A stretch of 64,000 nt of DNA, from the IMG/VR virus record IMGVR_UViG_3300022562_000333, positions 19,251-83,250 of that record; one strand, written 5' to 3'. Positions within the stretch are counted from its first letter, which is position 1, and the number at the start of each line of letters is the position of its first letter. This stretch comes from a virus. Of the stretch, positions 28,747 through 40,780 are shown piece after piece. Below the pieces are notes generated by a model. The model worked only from the letters and a program-made list of their open reading frames with translations, searched no databases and had not been told where the DNA came from. The position numbers and the translations under genes were made by a program.

Positions 28747-30972
28747 CTACGGAGAGGCAGATTCTTGCATGGGGTTTGATTCTACGGGCGTTCGGAGAGC
28801 CTGTACGGCTGAGGTGATGGCTCGCTCAAACCCGGTGTTCCGCTGCAAGACCTTGTCGTTAGCGATGGCTTTCGACACGGCCAAGTTGTCCCCAAGCAAC
28901 CAGACCCGCTTCTTGGCCCGCGTCACGGCTGTATAGAACAGGTTTCTCTGGAGCATCCGCCCTTGCGTACGAACGATGGGGAGGATCACCGTGTCAAACT
29001 CCGAGCCTTGGCACTTGTGGACCGTGATGGCGTACGCGAGCCGGAGCTTCTGACCAACCTCACGCCGAGGGATTTCCACGAGCATGTCCAGCCCGTCTTC
29101 CCCAGCCCCGTGGACCCTAACAGTGAGGTGGTCCGTGTGGATTGACATGAGCTTCCCCATGTCCCCGTTGTAGACCCCTAGCTCGTAGTCGTTTCGGATG
29201 ACCATGACGCGGTCACCCTCGCGGAAACGGAGAGTGCCGATCGTTAGCTCCCTCTTCCCATCCCCTCCTGGGTTGAGGACTTCCCGGAGCTTGTCGTTCA
29301 AGTTGTTGACTCCGACGACACCATCGTACTTCGGGGAGAGCACTTGGAAGTTGGCGTCCCGCCCCTTCAGTTTGACCGCCATCTTGACAGCCAGGTCCAC
29401 GAGCTTCTCCTCATCCGAGATCGCCACGAAGCGGAAGTCAGATTCGGTCCCGCCAGGAACGATGGCATCACCCCTATTGATCCGATGGGAGTTGAGGATG
29501 ATGTCGCTGGCCTCAGCCTGACGGAAGATTTGAGTAAGCCTGACGGTCGGGATCTCAGGGCATCGAATCAACTCACGGAGAACGTTGCCGGGACCTACAG
29601 ACGGTAGCTGTGCGTCGTCCCCGACGAACACCAAGATGGTACCCTCTTCCAAAGCATCGAGGATCCGGAAGAACAGCTCTTGGTCGACCATCGACATCTC
29701 ATCGACGATGACCGCTCCGATGGGGAACTTGTTGGTGATGCCGTAGCCCCAATGGTCTCCGTCATACCGAAAGGTCCGGTGGATGGTGGCCGCTGCATGC
29801 CCTGTCACCTCGGACAACCGCTTGGAGGCGATGCCGGTAGGAGCCATAAGCCGGAACGAGATACCCGCCTGCTCGAATAGGTTCACGAAGGTCTTTACAA
29901 CGGTCGTCTTGCCAGTCCCCGGCAATCCGGTAAGGACCAGCACCCGACTGCTGAGGAGCTTCTGAACAGCGTCTCGCTGTGCCTCCGAGAGCGAGATTTG
30001 GTAGATGGTCTCGTACGTCTTGAGGAACTCGGTAGGCTCCACGTCGAGCTGCAAGGGCGTCAAGAACCGAGCTAGGTTCTCGGCTGATTGTCTTTCATGC
30101 CTGAAGTGGTTGGGTAGATAGACCCCGACGCTTGGATCGACCTTCACTCCGTCGCGGTCAACCAACCGGGCAACCGCCTTGTTCAACTCCCCTGTGAGGT
30201 CGACATCCCCAAAGGGATCGATCTCTGACCCTCGTAGCAGCTCTCTGAGCTGCGTGGCGATATCCCCTCGTCGAACGCAAAGGTGCCCCGAGCGAGCGGC
30301 CTCCCGGAGCACCCAAAGAGCAGCACCCTCGAAACGTCTAGGGTCCTCTCGGTCCAAACCCATCTTTTCGGCAACTTCATCAACCTCGCCGAAAGAGAAG
30401 CCCTCAACTTCCAAGAGGCGGTAAGGGTTTTCCTGAAGGATCTTCTTGGCTTCGGCACCAAAGGTGTCGAAGAGGGCCTTCATTTGGTTCGAGTTGACCG
30501 TGTGGTCCGAGAAGAAGGCGGATAGCTCGGCACTCGTGCGGGCGTATGCCCAAGTCTCCAAGAGCTGGTCGATGGATTCATCCGTGAAGCCGGACAAGCC
30601 TCGGAGCTTCTCAGGCTCTTCCGAGAGGACCCGGAAGAGGTCCACCCCGAAGGTGTCCACGAGGATAGCGATGGGGGCTTCCTCCAACCCCAGGCAAACC
30701 CGGAGGAAGGCTTCGACACCCATCTCCGTGTCCGCCCATGGCCCCCACCCGTGGAGGTCGAACTGTTGCCCGAATCTTGGGTGGTTCGTCCAGTTGCCAA
30801 AGACCTCAAGAGAGACGCCGGGAGTGATCTGCTCTATGCCGAAGATGCGGCCCTTGCAGACGACTTTGCGACCATACTCGTACCCGTCTCGACCCGCAGG
30901 CTCGATGGAGAAGATGTAGAAGTCATCGCTCTTGTGGATGACGTTCCACACGCGACCACGGATCGACCGCAT
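28747..30972 (-). CDS. recD2: RecD2-like ATP-dependent helicase
   Basis: HPRFGQQF N-terminus, GLPGTGKTT, VDEMSMVD, YAITVHKCQGSEF. Confidence 0.92.
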   Translation of the reverse strand: MRSIRGRVWNVIHKSDDFYIFSIEPAGRDGYEYGRKVVCKGRIFGIEQITPGVSLEVFGNWTNHPRFGQQFDLHGWGPWADTEMGVEAFLRVCLGLEEAPIAILVDTFGVDLFRVLSEEPEKLRGLSGFTDESIDQLLETWAYARTSAELSAFFSDHTVNSNQMKALFDTFGAEAKKILQENPYRLLEVEGFSFGEVDEVAEKMGLDREDPRRFEGAALWVLREAARSGHLCVRRGDIATQLRELLRGSEIDPFGDVDLTGELNKAVARLVDRDGVKVDPSVGVYLPNHFRHERQSAENLARFLTPLQLDVEPTEFLKTYETIYQISLSEAQRDAVQKLLSSRVLVLTGLPGTGKTTVVKTFVNLFEQAGISFRLMAPTGIASKRLSEVTGHAAATIHRTFRYDGDHWGYGITNKFPIGAVIVDEMSMVDQELFFRILDALEEGTILVFVGDDAQLPSVGPGNVLRELIRCPEIPTVRLTQIFRQAEASDIILNSHRINRGDAIVPGGTESDFRFVAISDEEKLVDLAVKMAVKLKGRDANFQVLSPKYDGVVGVNNLNDKLREVLNPGGDGKRELTIGTLRFREGDRVMVIRNDYELGVYNGDMGKLMSIHTDHLTVRVHGAGEDGLDMLVEIPRREVGQKLRLAYAITVHKCQGSEFDTVILPIVRTQGRMLQRNLFYTAVTRAKKRVWLLGDNLAVSKAIANDKVLQRNTGFERAITSAVQALRTPVESNPMQESASP

Positions 30973-30973
30973 A

Positions 30974-32863
30974 CTACCCGACCAGTTGGAGGAACTCGTC
31001 CTCTGTGATGACCTTGGTGCCGTACTTCCGGGCGGTAGCCGCCTTCGTCGTAGAGCTGTCGGCGGCCACGAGGTAGCTGAGCTTCTTGGTCACGGAGGAC
31101 TTCACCACACCTCCGTTGGAGGTGACCAAGGATTCTAGCTCGGGGCGCTTGCGAGCCATTGTGCCCGTGAAACAGAACGTCATGCCGGTGAGTCTGCCCT
31201 TCACTCGGTCAATGATCGATACGCCAGCAAGCTGTAGTTCGTCCACCACGTGCCCGTGGTTCTTGAGCCAAGTGAAGAGGGACTCCGCCTTGACTGGGCC
31301 GAGCCCGGTCACCTTCATGAGCTGTTCGAGAGATGCGTCACGGATGGCGTCGAGGGTATCGATCCCAGCCTCCATCACCATCTTGATCGTGCTCACCGCA
31401 ACACCTGGGATCGAAAGAGCCCCGAGAACGGTCTCCAAGGGGAGGTCTTTCTTCTCGTTGAGGTTCGCCAGTACCTTTGCCGCGACCTTCGGTCCCATGC
31501 GGTCAAGTCCAGCCACCTGTTCTTCCGTCAGAAGGTAAAGGTCCGGAACAGATTTTACGAGCCCTGTAGAGACGAGCTTCTCCAAGAGGGTGTCACCCCA
31601 CTCCAGAACGTTGAGGGTGGCGATCCACTGAGAAAGGCGGCCGGTAACCTGCGCTGGGCACCCCGTCCAGTTGGGGCACACATGGTACTCCCCGTCTTGG
31701 ACAACGTTTGCACCACAAACGTCGCAGGTGGCGGGGGGTTGGTTGACCGACCCCGAACCTCGGACAAGGGACACTACACGCGGGATAACGTCGTTCGCTC
31801 GGGCCACGAGAACGCGGGAACCTACATCGAGGCCGAGGTCTTTGATGTACTTCCAGTTGTAGAGGCTGGCGTTCGTTACCTGAGCCCCCATCAAATTCAC
31901 GGAGTCGAAGACGGCGACGGGGGTGATTCGGCCGGTACCTCCCGTCTGGCGGAGAATCTGGCGGACGATGGTTTCCCGCGTGACAGGGGCAAACTTGAAC
32001 GCCACGGCCCCCTTGGGTCGCAAGTCCTTCTCACCTAGCGCGAGCTGTTTGGCGAGGTTGTTGACCCGGACGACCAACCCGTCGATGTCGTAATCCAGCC
32101 GGTCCCGCTTACCTTGCTGGTAGTCCACCCAGATGTCGTGAGGGGTCTTGATCCCCATCCACATGCCGGATAGCGACCACCAGGGGGTCACGAAACCAAG
32201 CTCTTGAAGGTACCTGAACTGGTCCTCCTCCGTGGTGAAGTTGGCACCCTCAGCCACGTGGTAGAACATGACCGTGAGGTGGTCACACCCACGCCCATCA
32301 TACCTCTTGGAAATGCCGCTGGCTGCGTTACGGGTGTTGGCGTAGTCGTCCTTGAACCACGCCTCGTGGTCGCTCTTGAGCAGTACGATTTCACCGCGAA
32401 GTACGAGGTTGAGCTTCTTGGGGAGGCGAGGGAAAATACCCTTCATTTTGAGAACGTTGGCCGTGATTTCCTCGCCTGTATGCCCATCCCCTCGTGTTGC
32501 AGCCTGAACGAGCTTGCCGTTGAAGTATCGGACTTGAACGCTGATCCCGTCGAGCTTCTCCGTAACGAGCAGAGCCTCTCCGGGAGCGTAGGAATTGACC
32601 CAGTCCGTCATCTCCTCCAAGGCGTTGACCTTGTTGAGCGATCCCATCGGGTGGTCGTGTTTGACCTTCTTCCATTCAGAAACGGGAGCGGCGCCGACTT
32701 GAACGACAACGCGGTTGACCGCGTCGAGCATGGACAACTCGTCAACCCAAGCGTCGTAAACCTCATCGGTGACGTTGGGTTGCTTGTTGTAGTAGTCGTT
32801 TCGAGCCTTACCGATGAGCCCTTCAAGCTCGGCGATTCGGGCTCTGCGCTCCTCGTCGGTCAT
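30974..32863 (-). CDS. ligA: NAD-dependent DNA ligase
   Basis: EKLDG, ATRGDG, TGRITP, HhH, BRCT. Confidence 0.95.
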   Translation of the reverse strand: MTDEERRARIAELEGLIGKARNDYYNKQPNVTDEVYDAWVDELSMLDAVNRVVVQVGAAPVSEWKKVKHDHPMGSLNKVNALEEMTDWVNSYAPGEALLVTEKLDGISVQVRYFNGKLVQAATRGDGHTGEEITANVLKMKGIFPRLPKKLNLVLRGEIVLLKSDHEAWFKDDYANTRNAASGISKRYDGRGCDHLTVMFYHVAEGANFTTEEDQFRYLQELGFVTPWWSLSGMWMGIKTPHDIWVDYQQGKRDRLDYDIDGLVVRVNNLAKQLALGEKDLRPKGAVAFKFAPVTRETIVRQILRQTGGTGRITPVAVFDSVNLMGAQVTNASLYNWKYIKDLGLDVGSRVLVARANDVIPRVVSLVRGSGSVNQPPATCDVCGANVVQDGEYHVCPNWTGCPAQVTGRLSQWIATLNVLEWGDTLLEKLVSTGLVKSVPDLYLLTEEQVAGLDRMGPKVAAKVLANLNEKKDLPLETVLGALSIPGVAVSTIKMVMEAGIDTLDAIRDASLEQLMKVTGLGPVKAESLFTWLKNHGHVVDELQLAGVSIIDRVKGRLTGMTFCFTGTMARKRPELESLVTSNGGVVKSSVTKKLSYLVAADSSTTKAATARKYGTKVITEDEFLQLVG

Positions 32864-33183
32864 CCCAATTTCCCTTTGGTCCCGCCCTGCATCGCAGATG
32901 TGATCTCGATCTTCTGACCTTGCGACGGCTCCCCGACCTCGACCTTCTCACCCGCCTCTTGCTGGGCCTTCACCATCGCTTCCAACTCTTCGATGGTGGC
33001 AAGGGGGGCGAGAACGACCCTGATCTCACGGCCTTTGAAGGTCTCCAGGGCGGATTGCACGTCGAACGAGAAGGGGCGCCCGGACTGATCTTCGGTACGG
33101 ACCACGAAGCGATCCGTCATGGGGTCCTGCTCTACGACGCCTTCCACGAGGTAGACGCCCATCTTGTCCTTACCCTGAGTCAT
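32860..33183 (-). CDS. Hypothetical protein
   Basis: ATG 33183 with GGAGG RBS. Confidence 0.65.
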   Translation of the reverse strand: MTQGKDKMGVYLVEGVVEQDPMTDRFVVRTEDQSGRPFSFDVQSALETFKGREIRVVLAPLATIEELEAMVKAQQEAGEKVEVGEPSQGQKIEITSAMQGGTKGKLG

Positions 33184-33259
33184 GTCCAGCCTCCAAATGA
33201 GTCGAGCCCCCTCTAGTAACACCGGAGGGGGCTCAAACTGGACGATTTTCGGTAGGTCT

Positions 33260-35200
33260 CTACCGAATCGGGCAAACGCCTCCTTGGCACTCCTCGGCTT
33301 CCATGTCCCCGCCCCGAACGAGCGGGTGGGCGTGGTTGATCTTGCCGTACATGTTTTCGTACACTTCCTGCGAGATTTGCTCGTACGGCGCCTGCTGGTA
33401 CCCGTGCTTCTTGGGGAGGCAGGACGTGGACTTGAGGAAAGGGACGTACTCCTTCAGGCACGAGGCCAGCTCGCCCTTTTCTTCTTCGGTGAAGGAAAGG
33501 GTCGCACTGACAGCGTTGTCCGCCCACGCATCCTGAACACCCTTCTGGCGCTCGAATTGCTGGCGGATCGTCTCGTTTTGGACCGTGATCCCCGTGTTGG
33601 AGGACTTCGTTGGGAACGCGAAGACCAACGTGTGCCCCGTCTTGTCGTAGATGTCCTCCTCGTAGGGGACACCTGCCTCGATCATGGCTCCAGCCATGGG
33701 GTCGTTCTTGGCGATCCTCGTACGACGAATGTAGTAGTCGGCGTACGGGGCGTGGATGCCGGGGCTTGAGCCGTTGAGGAGCGAGATGGTCCCCGAGGGC
33801 TTGACGGTGGTGACCGTGATGGGGGCATTGACGCCAAGTTCCGAGGCGTACTTCGTGGCCTCTTCACGACATGAGCCGTACCAGTGTCGAAGCTGGGCTC
33901 CGTCCCATTTGAAGTCGCAGAGACCCCCCAAGCCGACGCCAACACGCATGTTGTTGAAGCCCACCTCGCGGCTTCTGTCATCCGTGAGCGGAGAAAGCCG
34001 CTGGCGAAGGCAGTAGCGGGTGATGAGCCGGAACACGGTGTCCGGATCAGTCGAATCCTCGAACTTGGCCGGGAAGACTTCGGCGAGGTTGCACGCCTCC
34101 CGATCGTGGAGGAGTTGCTCCCCGCACGGGTTGACCCCCCTGGCGCCAGGATCCGTCTTCCACCCGAGAGGTAGATTCAGGATGCCAGGCTCTCCGAATT
34201 CGGAGTTGTCCTCGACGAGAGACCGCCAATCGAACCGCTCGATCTGCTCCCAAGACCGGAAGGTGATCGAGTTGTTGGACGTGTGCCGGTGGCTCGTGAC
34301 CTTGTCCCAGTCCTTCTTGGCATCGCGGAACGGCTGGTCGTCGGCATCCCCGAGCACGATGAGGGCGGAGCGGCGGACGTTGCCGGCCTTGATACAGAGG
34401 CCGATGAAGTTGGTGATGTCGAGAGCTTCGACAGAGTTGAGGCGGCGTCCCGCTGCACCCCGAACGATGTCCCAAGCCGAACGAAGAAGGTTCGTGAGCG
34501 GGCCGGGGCCACAAGCAATCCCACCGAAGGTGCGGATCGGAAGCCCACGCGCCCGGACCTGAGAGACATCGACGATGAGGTCCCGAGCCGTGAAAGCAGC
34601 GGTGAGGACCCTACGAAGCGCCTCTACCCAGCCTTCACGGGAGTCGGGGACCGTGTAGATGGGAGTCTGCCCGTTGAGGAAGTCCTTTCCGTTGGGGTTG
34701 ACCTCGGTGATGTCCGGGTGGTTCTCGAAGCACCGAACCGAGAACCTAGCTCCGGGTTCACGTTGAACGACTGGGAGTGACCCGATGTCGTTGAGCCCGA
34801 CCCCGACCCCACCTCCGAGCATGAGGCAGTTGGCCGTCCAGCACCAATCGTCGATGCCGTAGAGGGTCGTATACCAACAGTTGAATCGAGCGTCGGCAGG
34901 GATACCCTCGATGCCGCCAGTCCAAAGACCTCGACCTGGAGGGAGCGCCTGACCCGTCCAGAAAAGATGGAAGAGGAGTTGGGCTTCCTTCTCATCTCGA
35001 TTGAGCGCGTAGGAGATGTTCGACTCGACGACTCGGCGAACCGTGTCCGTCCACGTCTCCCGGTCTCGACAATACTTGGTCAAGTATGTCGACCGCGCCA
35101 GTAGAGACTGGAACGGATCCCCAGCACGATAGTAGGGGCTGAGGAAGTCCTTGGTAAACCGAAACGGATTCGGTTGCTGCGTCTTTGAGACGATCATCAT
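33260..35200 (-). CDS. nrdJ: Class II (B12-dependent) ribonucleoside-triphosphate reductase
   Basis: PPGRGLW, NCW, GNVRRSA, NPCGEQ, CNLAE, VKPSGTIS, terminal CQGGVCPIR. Confidence 0.92.
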   Translation of the reverse strand: MMIVSKTQQPNPFRFTKDFLSPYYRAGDPFQSLLARSTYLTKYCRDRETWTDTVRRVVESNISYALNRDEKEAQLLFHLFWTGQALPPGRGLWTGGIEGIPADARFNCWYTTLYGIDDWCWTANCLMLGGGVGVGLNDIGSLPVVQREPGARFSVRCFENHPDITEVNPNGKDFLNGQTPIYTVPDSREGWVEALRRVLTAAFTARDLIVDVSQVRARGLPIRTFGGIACGPGPLTNLLRSAWDIVRGAAGRRLNSVEALDITNFIGLCIKAGNVRRSALIVLGDADDQPFRDAKKDWDKVTSHRHTSNNSITFRSWEQIERFDWRSLVEDNSEFGEPGILNLPLGWKTDPGARGVNPCGEQLLHDREACNLAEVFPAKFEDSTDPDTVFRLITRYCLRQRLSPLTDDRSREVGFNNMRVGVGLGGLCDFKWDGAQLRHWYGSCREEATKYASELGVNAPITVTTVKPSGTISLLNGSSPGIHAPYADYYIRRTRIAKNDPMAGAMIEAGVPYEEDIYDKTGHTLVFAFPTKSSNTGITVQNETIRQQFERQKGVQDAWADNAVSATLSFTEEEKGELASCLKEYVPFLKSTSCLPKKHGYQQAPYEQISQEVYENMYGKINHAHPLVRGGDMEAEECQGGVCPIR

Positions 35201-35215
35201 GAGTGCCCAACTCCT

Positions 35216-36199
35216 TCAGCTAGCAAGATCGAGAATCGCCATCTCAACGAGCGTCCTCTTTGAGCGGCTGGTGCTTTTCAGGTCTACATCTAATTTGCAT
35301 AGGTTCTGCATCACAGAGGCGAGCTTCCGCTTGCTGTGCTTCCCCGCTTGCTGGAGAAGGGTCTGTTTGAAACGGTACGGGTGGAACCCAATACGAGAGG
35401 CGATCTCGTCATGAGCTACACCTGAGTCGAGTAGGGACCGGGTGACGAACAGACGCTCCGCCTGCTTCATCATCGCGTACAAGACGGAGATGGCCGGGTC
35501 CTCGGCCACGAACTTGTAGAGCGAGGAGAGGGCGTTCAGAGCCTTCTTGGTGTTCTTGTCGAAGGCTGCGTCGGCGACGGTCCACTGGTCCACGTTGGAA
35601 CCGGGGGTCATCACTAGCTTGAGGTGGTCGAGCGTGATCGCGGTACCCGCAGGTACAATGAGCCGGAGCTTTTGGATCTCACTGGCGAGGCGGTAGAGGT
35701 CTCCTCCTCCCGCATGAAACATGATGTTCGCCGTGCGGTAGTCGATCGTGAGCTTGGCGAGCTTCACCTCTTGCTCGATCCACTTCACGACCTCGTTGTT
35801 GGAGTCGAAGGTCTTGAGCTTCTTGCGCTCCAACAAGGTGACCTTGTCCCCGAGCTTCGACCAGAAGACGAGGGGCTTATCCCCTCGGACCACAAGGGCC
35901 AAAACGCACCCGAGATCCTTGGGGCCTTTGCCTTCCAAGTACGCCTTCATGGCCTTCTCAGGCTTGAACTTGTGAGCGTTGTCTACGACGACCGCTCTAG
36001 GCTTCGTACTGGCGGGATCGTCCAGGTCGACGATCAACGTTGCGCACGTGGATGCCAGCTCGGCGTCATTGGTGTTCGCTCCATCAAGAACGACCACCGA
36101 ACGGTTGGGCTGGTCACGGAACGAGTTGAGGTCTCGGTCTAGGAAAAAGCTCTCTTCCCCATAAGACACAGTGACGGGCGTGGTGAAGCGGTACCCCAT
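35216..36199 (-). CDS. holA: DNA polymerase III delta subunit
   Basis: YGEESFF, GDLYRLASEIQKL, HPYR, DVDLKS; start re-set to MGYRF. Confidence 0.8.
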   Translation of the reverse strand: MGYRFTTPVTVSYGEESFFLDRDLNSFRDQPNRSVVVLDGANTNDAELASTCATLIVDLDDPASTKPRAVVVDNAHKFKPEKAMKAYLEGKGPKDLGCVLALVVRGDKPLVFWSKLGDKVTLLERKKLKTFDSNNEVVKWIEQEVKLAKLTIDYRTANIMFHAGGGDLYRLASEIQKLRLIVPAGTAITLDHLKLVMTPGSNVDQWTVADAAFDKNTKKALNALSSLYKFVAEDPAISVLYAMMKQAERLFVTRSLLDSGVAHDEIASRIGFHPYRFKQTLLQQAGKHSKRKLASVMQNLCKLDVDLKSTSRSKRTLVEMAILDLAS

Positions 36200-36203
36200 G
36201 ACC

Positions 36204-37154
36204 TCACCCGCCGCAGAACGCGTCTGCCAACGCCGACTTGATTTGAAAGCCAAGGTTAACGTACGAGGATTCGTTCCGAGACCATACGGTTCTCAGGTTG
36301 GACCAAAGACGCTGCCACGTATCATCCTTCACTCGATTTCGCATGGCAGCTACGTCCTCAAGTACATCCTGGTTGATGGCCCGGTTCGGATCGACGCGCA
36401 CCACCAGCACGTCATGAACTACGAAACAAAGGAATTTCAGGACGAGATTAAGCTCTTTCGTCAGCTCATCCAAAGAGGCGAAGGCCGACGATAAGTCCCC
36501 GGTTGTGCTGGAATGCAGCAATCCAAGGACCCGATCGCGAAAGAGGATTCGGTTGGCTCCCCAGTAGCGAGCGGCTCTACCTACCGAACCTTCACCCATA
36601 CGAGCGTAGACAAGTGCTTTATCGGGGTTCGATTCGTACTTGGAGAGCTGCTCAAACACGAACGATTCGCTGAGTTTTTGACAACCGACCCGCCCACAGC
36701 GCGAGCGAATCGTGGGTAGTACGCGGTCGTAAGACTCGGCGAGCATAAAGAAGCGAGAGAGGGCGGGGGGCTCCTCAAGCGTCTTGAGGATCGCGTTCGA
36801 GGCCGGGGCCGTCATGCGGTCGGCTCCGTCGATGATGAAGAACCGATTTGGGGCGGACGTGGGGTACGATTGCGACTGCGAGACAACATCCCGAATCGCA
36901 TCAACACCGATCTCCTTGTCGGCCGGAGCCGTCACCAAGGCCACGTCAGGGTGAGCTGACTGCTCAACCTGTAGGTACTCCGGGCTATCCTTGCCTCGTT
37001 GCCTGGCGACGATCTCTTTGATCGCTGCCATGACGGAGAACTTCCTCCCTGTACCCTCTTCCCCAACGAAGAGCAGGGGCGAAGTAAGGTGGCCTTCGAC
37101 CACCCGCCGTAGGTAAGCTACGGCCTGTGTTTGACCTTGAACATCACTCAGCAC
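36204..37154 (-). CDS. holB: DNA polymerase III delta-prime subunit
   Basis: HPD, ADRMTAPASNAILKTLEEPP, LPTIRSRC. Confidence 0.9.
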   Translation of the reverse strand: MLSDVQGQTQAVAYLRRVVEGHLTSPLLFVGEEGTGRKFSVMAAIKEIVARQRGKDSPEYLQVEQSAHPDVALVTAPADKEIGVDAIRDVVSQSQSYPTSAPNRFFIIDGADRMTAPASNAILKTLEEPPALSRFFMLAESYDRVLPTIRSRCGRVGCQKLSESFVFEQLSKYESNPDKALVYARMGEGSVGRAARYWGANRILFRDRVLGLLHSSTTGDLSSAFASLDELTKELNLVLKFLCFVVHDVLVVRVDPNRAINQDVLEDVAAMRNRVKDDTWQRLWSNLRTVWSRNESSYVNLGFQIKSALADAFCGG

Positions 37155-37347
37155 GACCCACCGGGGGGAGGAGGTTCGATGCTGGCTTCGGGTCCACGGG
37201 CTCCAACACGAGCCGAACGAAGTAGTTCTGCCCGCAGAAGCCGCAGACCATGCGGAACACTTCCTGTCCGCTCTGACCTAGAACCCCACCGCACCCCGTT
37301 TGGGTACACCGCATCAAACCAGTACGGGGCTCGGGAACGTCGCTCAT
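37144..37347 (-). CDS. Small zinc-ribbon protein
   Basis: CTQTGC..CGFCG. Confidence 0.6.
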   Translation of the reverse strand: MSDVPEPRTGLMRCTQTGCGGVLGQSGQEVFRMVCGFCGQNYFVRLVLEPVDPKPASNLLPPVGRAE

Positions 37348-38030
37348 GCGCGTGCTTTACCCCGAGACTGTAGAAACTTGAGAACGTCCCCGTAGACCGG
37401 ATCGTTGGCCGCTAGGGTACCGTTGCGGATCGCAACCTCCGTATCCGTCAGCCACTTGTCGATCGCCTTCGGGCTCCACGACATCTTGAAGTAGGCCATC
37501 GTCAAGAACTGCTTGCGGATGGAGTCCTTGCGGGCGAACGAGATGTCCCCCGTGAGCCAGTAGAGGGTGGCGAGAGACATGGCGTAGCCACGTTGCTCCA
37601 ACCTCACTCGACCCGGAGACGGCCAAGGGGCAAGGCACAGAAGACCGAGCCCGAAGGCGATGAGAGACCACCACCCGAAGAAGACAGCGAGCACGACCCC
37701 GACGATCACGAACGGTACGAAGAGGACTTGCGGGTAGATGTAGCTGAGCCTGAAGCCGAGCGGACTAGCCTTCGTGTCCAGCAAGTGGACCCGCTCATGC
37801 GCAAGCGTCATAAATGACCGTGTCGGGTCACTCTCGTAACGCTCTTGCGTGGGAAAGTAGACCTTCGGGTAGAAGGTCGTCGTGTAGGAGGTCATGAAGC
37901 CGGGGTTGAACGGCTTCATGATTGCCCCGAGCAGCTTTTGGCTGGACGACTTGTCCTTCCACGCGAGCTGGAAGCCCGGAACTATGGCTGCTGTGTCGGC
38001 CTCGAAGGCTCTGAGGTCTGTGAGATCCAT
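37344..38030 (-). CDS. Membrane protein with HExxH (zincin-like) motif
   Basis: LAHERVHL, two hydrophobic helices, downstream E. Confidence 0.65.
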   Translation of the reverse strand: MDLTDLRAFEADTAAIVPGFQLAWKDKSSSQKLLGAIMKPFNPGFMTSYTTTFYPKVYFPTQERYESDPTRSFMTLAHERVHLLDTKASPLGFRLSYIYPQVLFVPFVIVGVVLAVFFGWWSLIAFGLGLLCLAPWPSPGRVRLEQRGYAMSLATLYWLTGDISFARKDSIRKQFLTMAYFKMSWSPKAIDKWLTDTEVAIRNGTLAANDPVYGDVLKFLQSRGKARA

Positions 38031-38061
38031 CCCGGCAGTAGGGATGGCCCCGACAAGGAGA

Positions 38062-38289
38062 TTAGATGTTGACTGACCCCCCTACCCCTAGTGTCCAGGT
38101 AAGGTGACACGTCACGCATTGATACAAGCGGTTGTGAGCGGCACCAGCGCCTTCGGGCGCCCCTCCCGTTGGGATCTCGGTGACCTGCATCGAAGGGCAG
38201 TCTTCGTTGCGGCACTTCATGTGGTGAACCTTCGGTTCTTTGGTCTCTGCCTTCAAACCGGGGGTTGTCCCTTTGGGATCGACGCTCAT
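38062..38289 (-). CDS. Small zinc-ribbon protein
   Basis: CRNEDC..CVTC. Confidence 0.6.
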   Translation of the reverse strand: MSVDPKGTTPGLKAETKEPKVHHMKCRNEDCPSMQVTEIPTGGAPEGAGAAHNRLYQCVTCHLTWTLGVGGSVNI

Positions 38290-38296
38290 AGCGCTC

Positions 38297-38692
38297 CTAG
38301 AGATTGGAGGTGGGGAACTCGGTTGGGAACAGGTTGTTCAACAACGTTTGGATTCGGTTGTACAGCTCTCGGTTCCAAACGTCCCCAACGGACGCGTTGT
38401 TGTGCGTGTTGGGGTGTAGAGGCACCGGCTTGGTTACAGGTACAAGCTCGGTAGCCAAGGTACCGTCTTTCAGGTAGGGGACGATCTTGGCCCAGTCTTC
38501 CGTGCGGACCAAGATGTTGACGTCCCCTCCGTTGTTGTGGATCCTGATGCAAGGAACCTCACCGACCATAAGCCCTTCGATGAGAGCTTGGTTCTTTGTG
38601 ACGGCCAGAAGCGCGATAGTGAGCTTGGGGACCTCGTTGCGGGTCATCCGATAGGGGTACTGTCCGTTGATCTGTAGGCGGCGTTTGCTCAC
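38297..38692 (-). CDS. Hypothetical protein
   Basis: GTG start at 38692, 14 nt after a GTTAT motif. Confidence 0.6.
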   Translation of the reverse strand: MSKRRLQINGQYPYRMTRNEVPKLTIALLAVTKNQALIEGLMVGEVPCIRIHNNGGDVNILVRTEDWAKIVPYLKDGTLATELVPVTKPVPLHPNTHNNASVGDVWNRELYNRIQTLLNNLFPTEFPTSNL

Positions 38693-38717
38693 ACCCAAGA
38701 CCCCGGATAACTAGATC

Positions 38718-40763
<2,046 letters not shown>

Positions 40764-40780
<17 letters not shown>

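Noticed and set aside
4292-35200. Inteins or introns in terminase, RecA, ligase or RNR
   Set aside because: Lengths are ordinary, and no intein splice motifs or reading-frame interruptions were seen.
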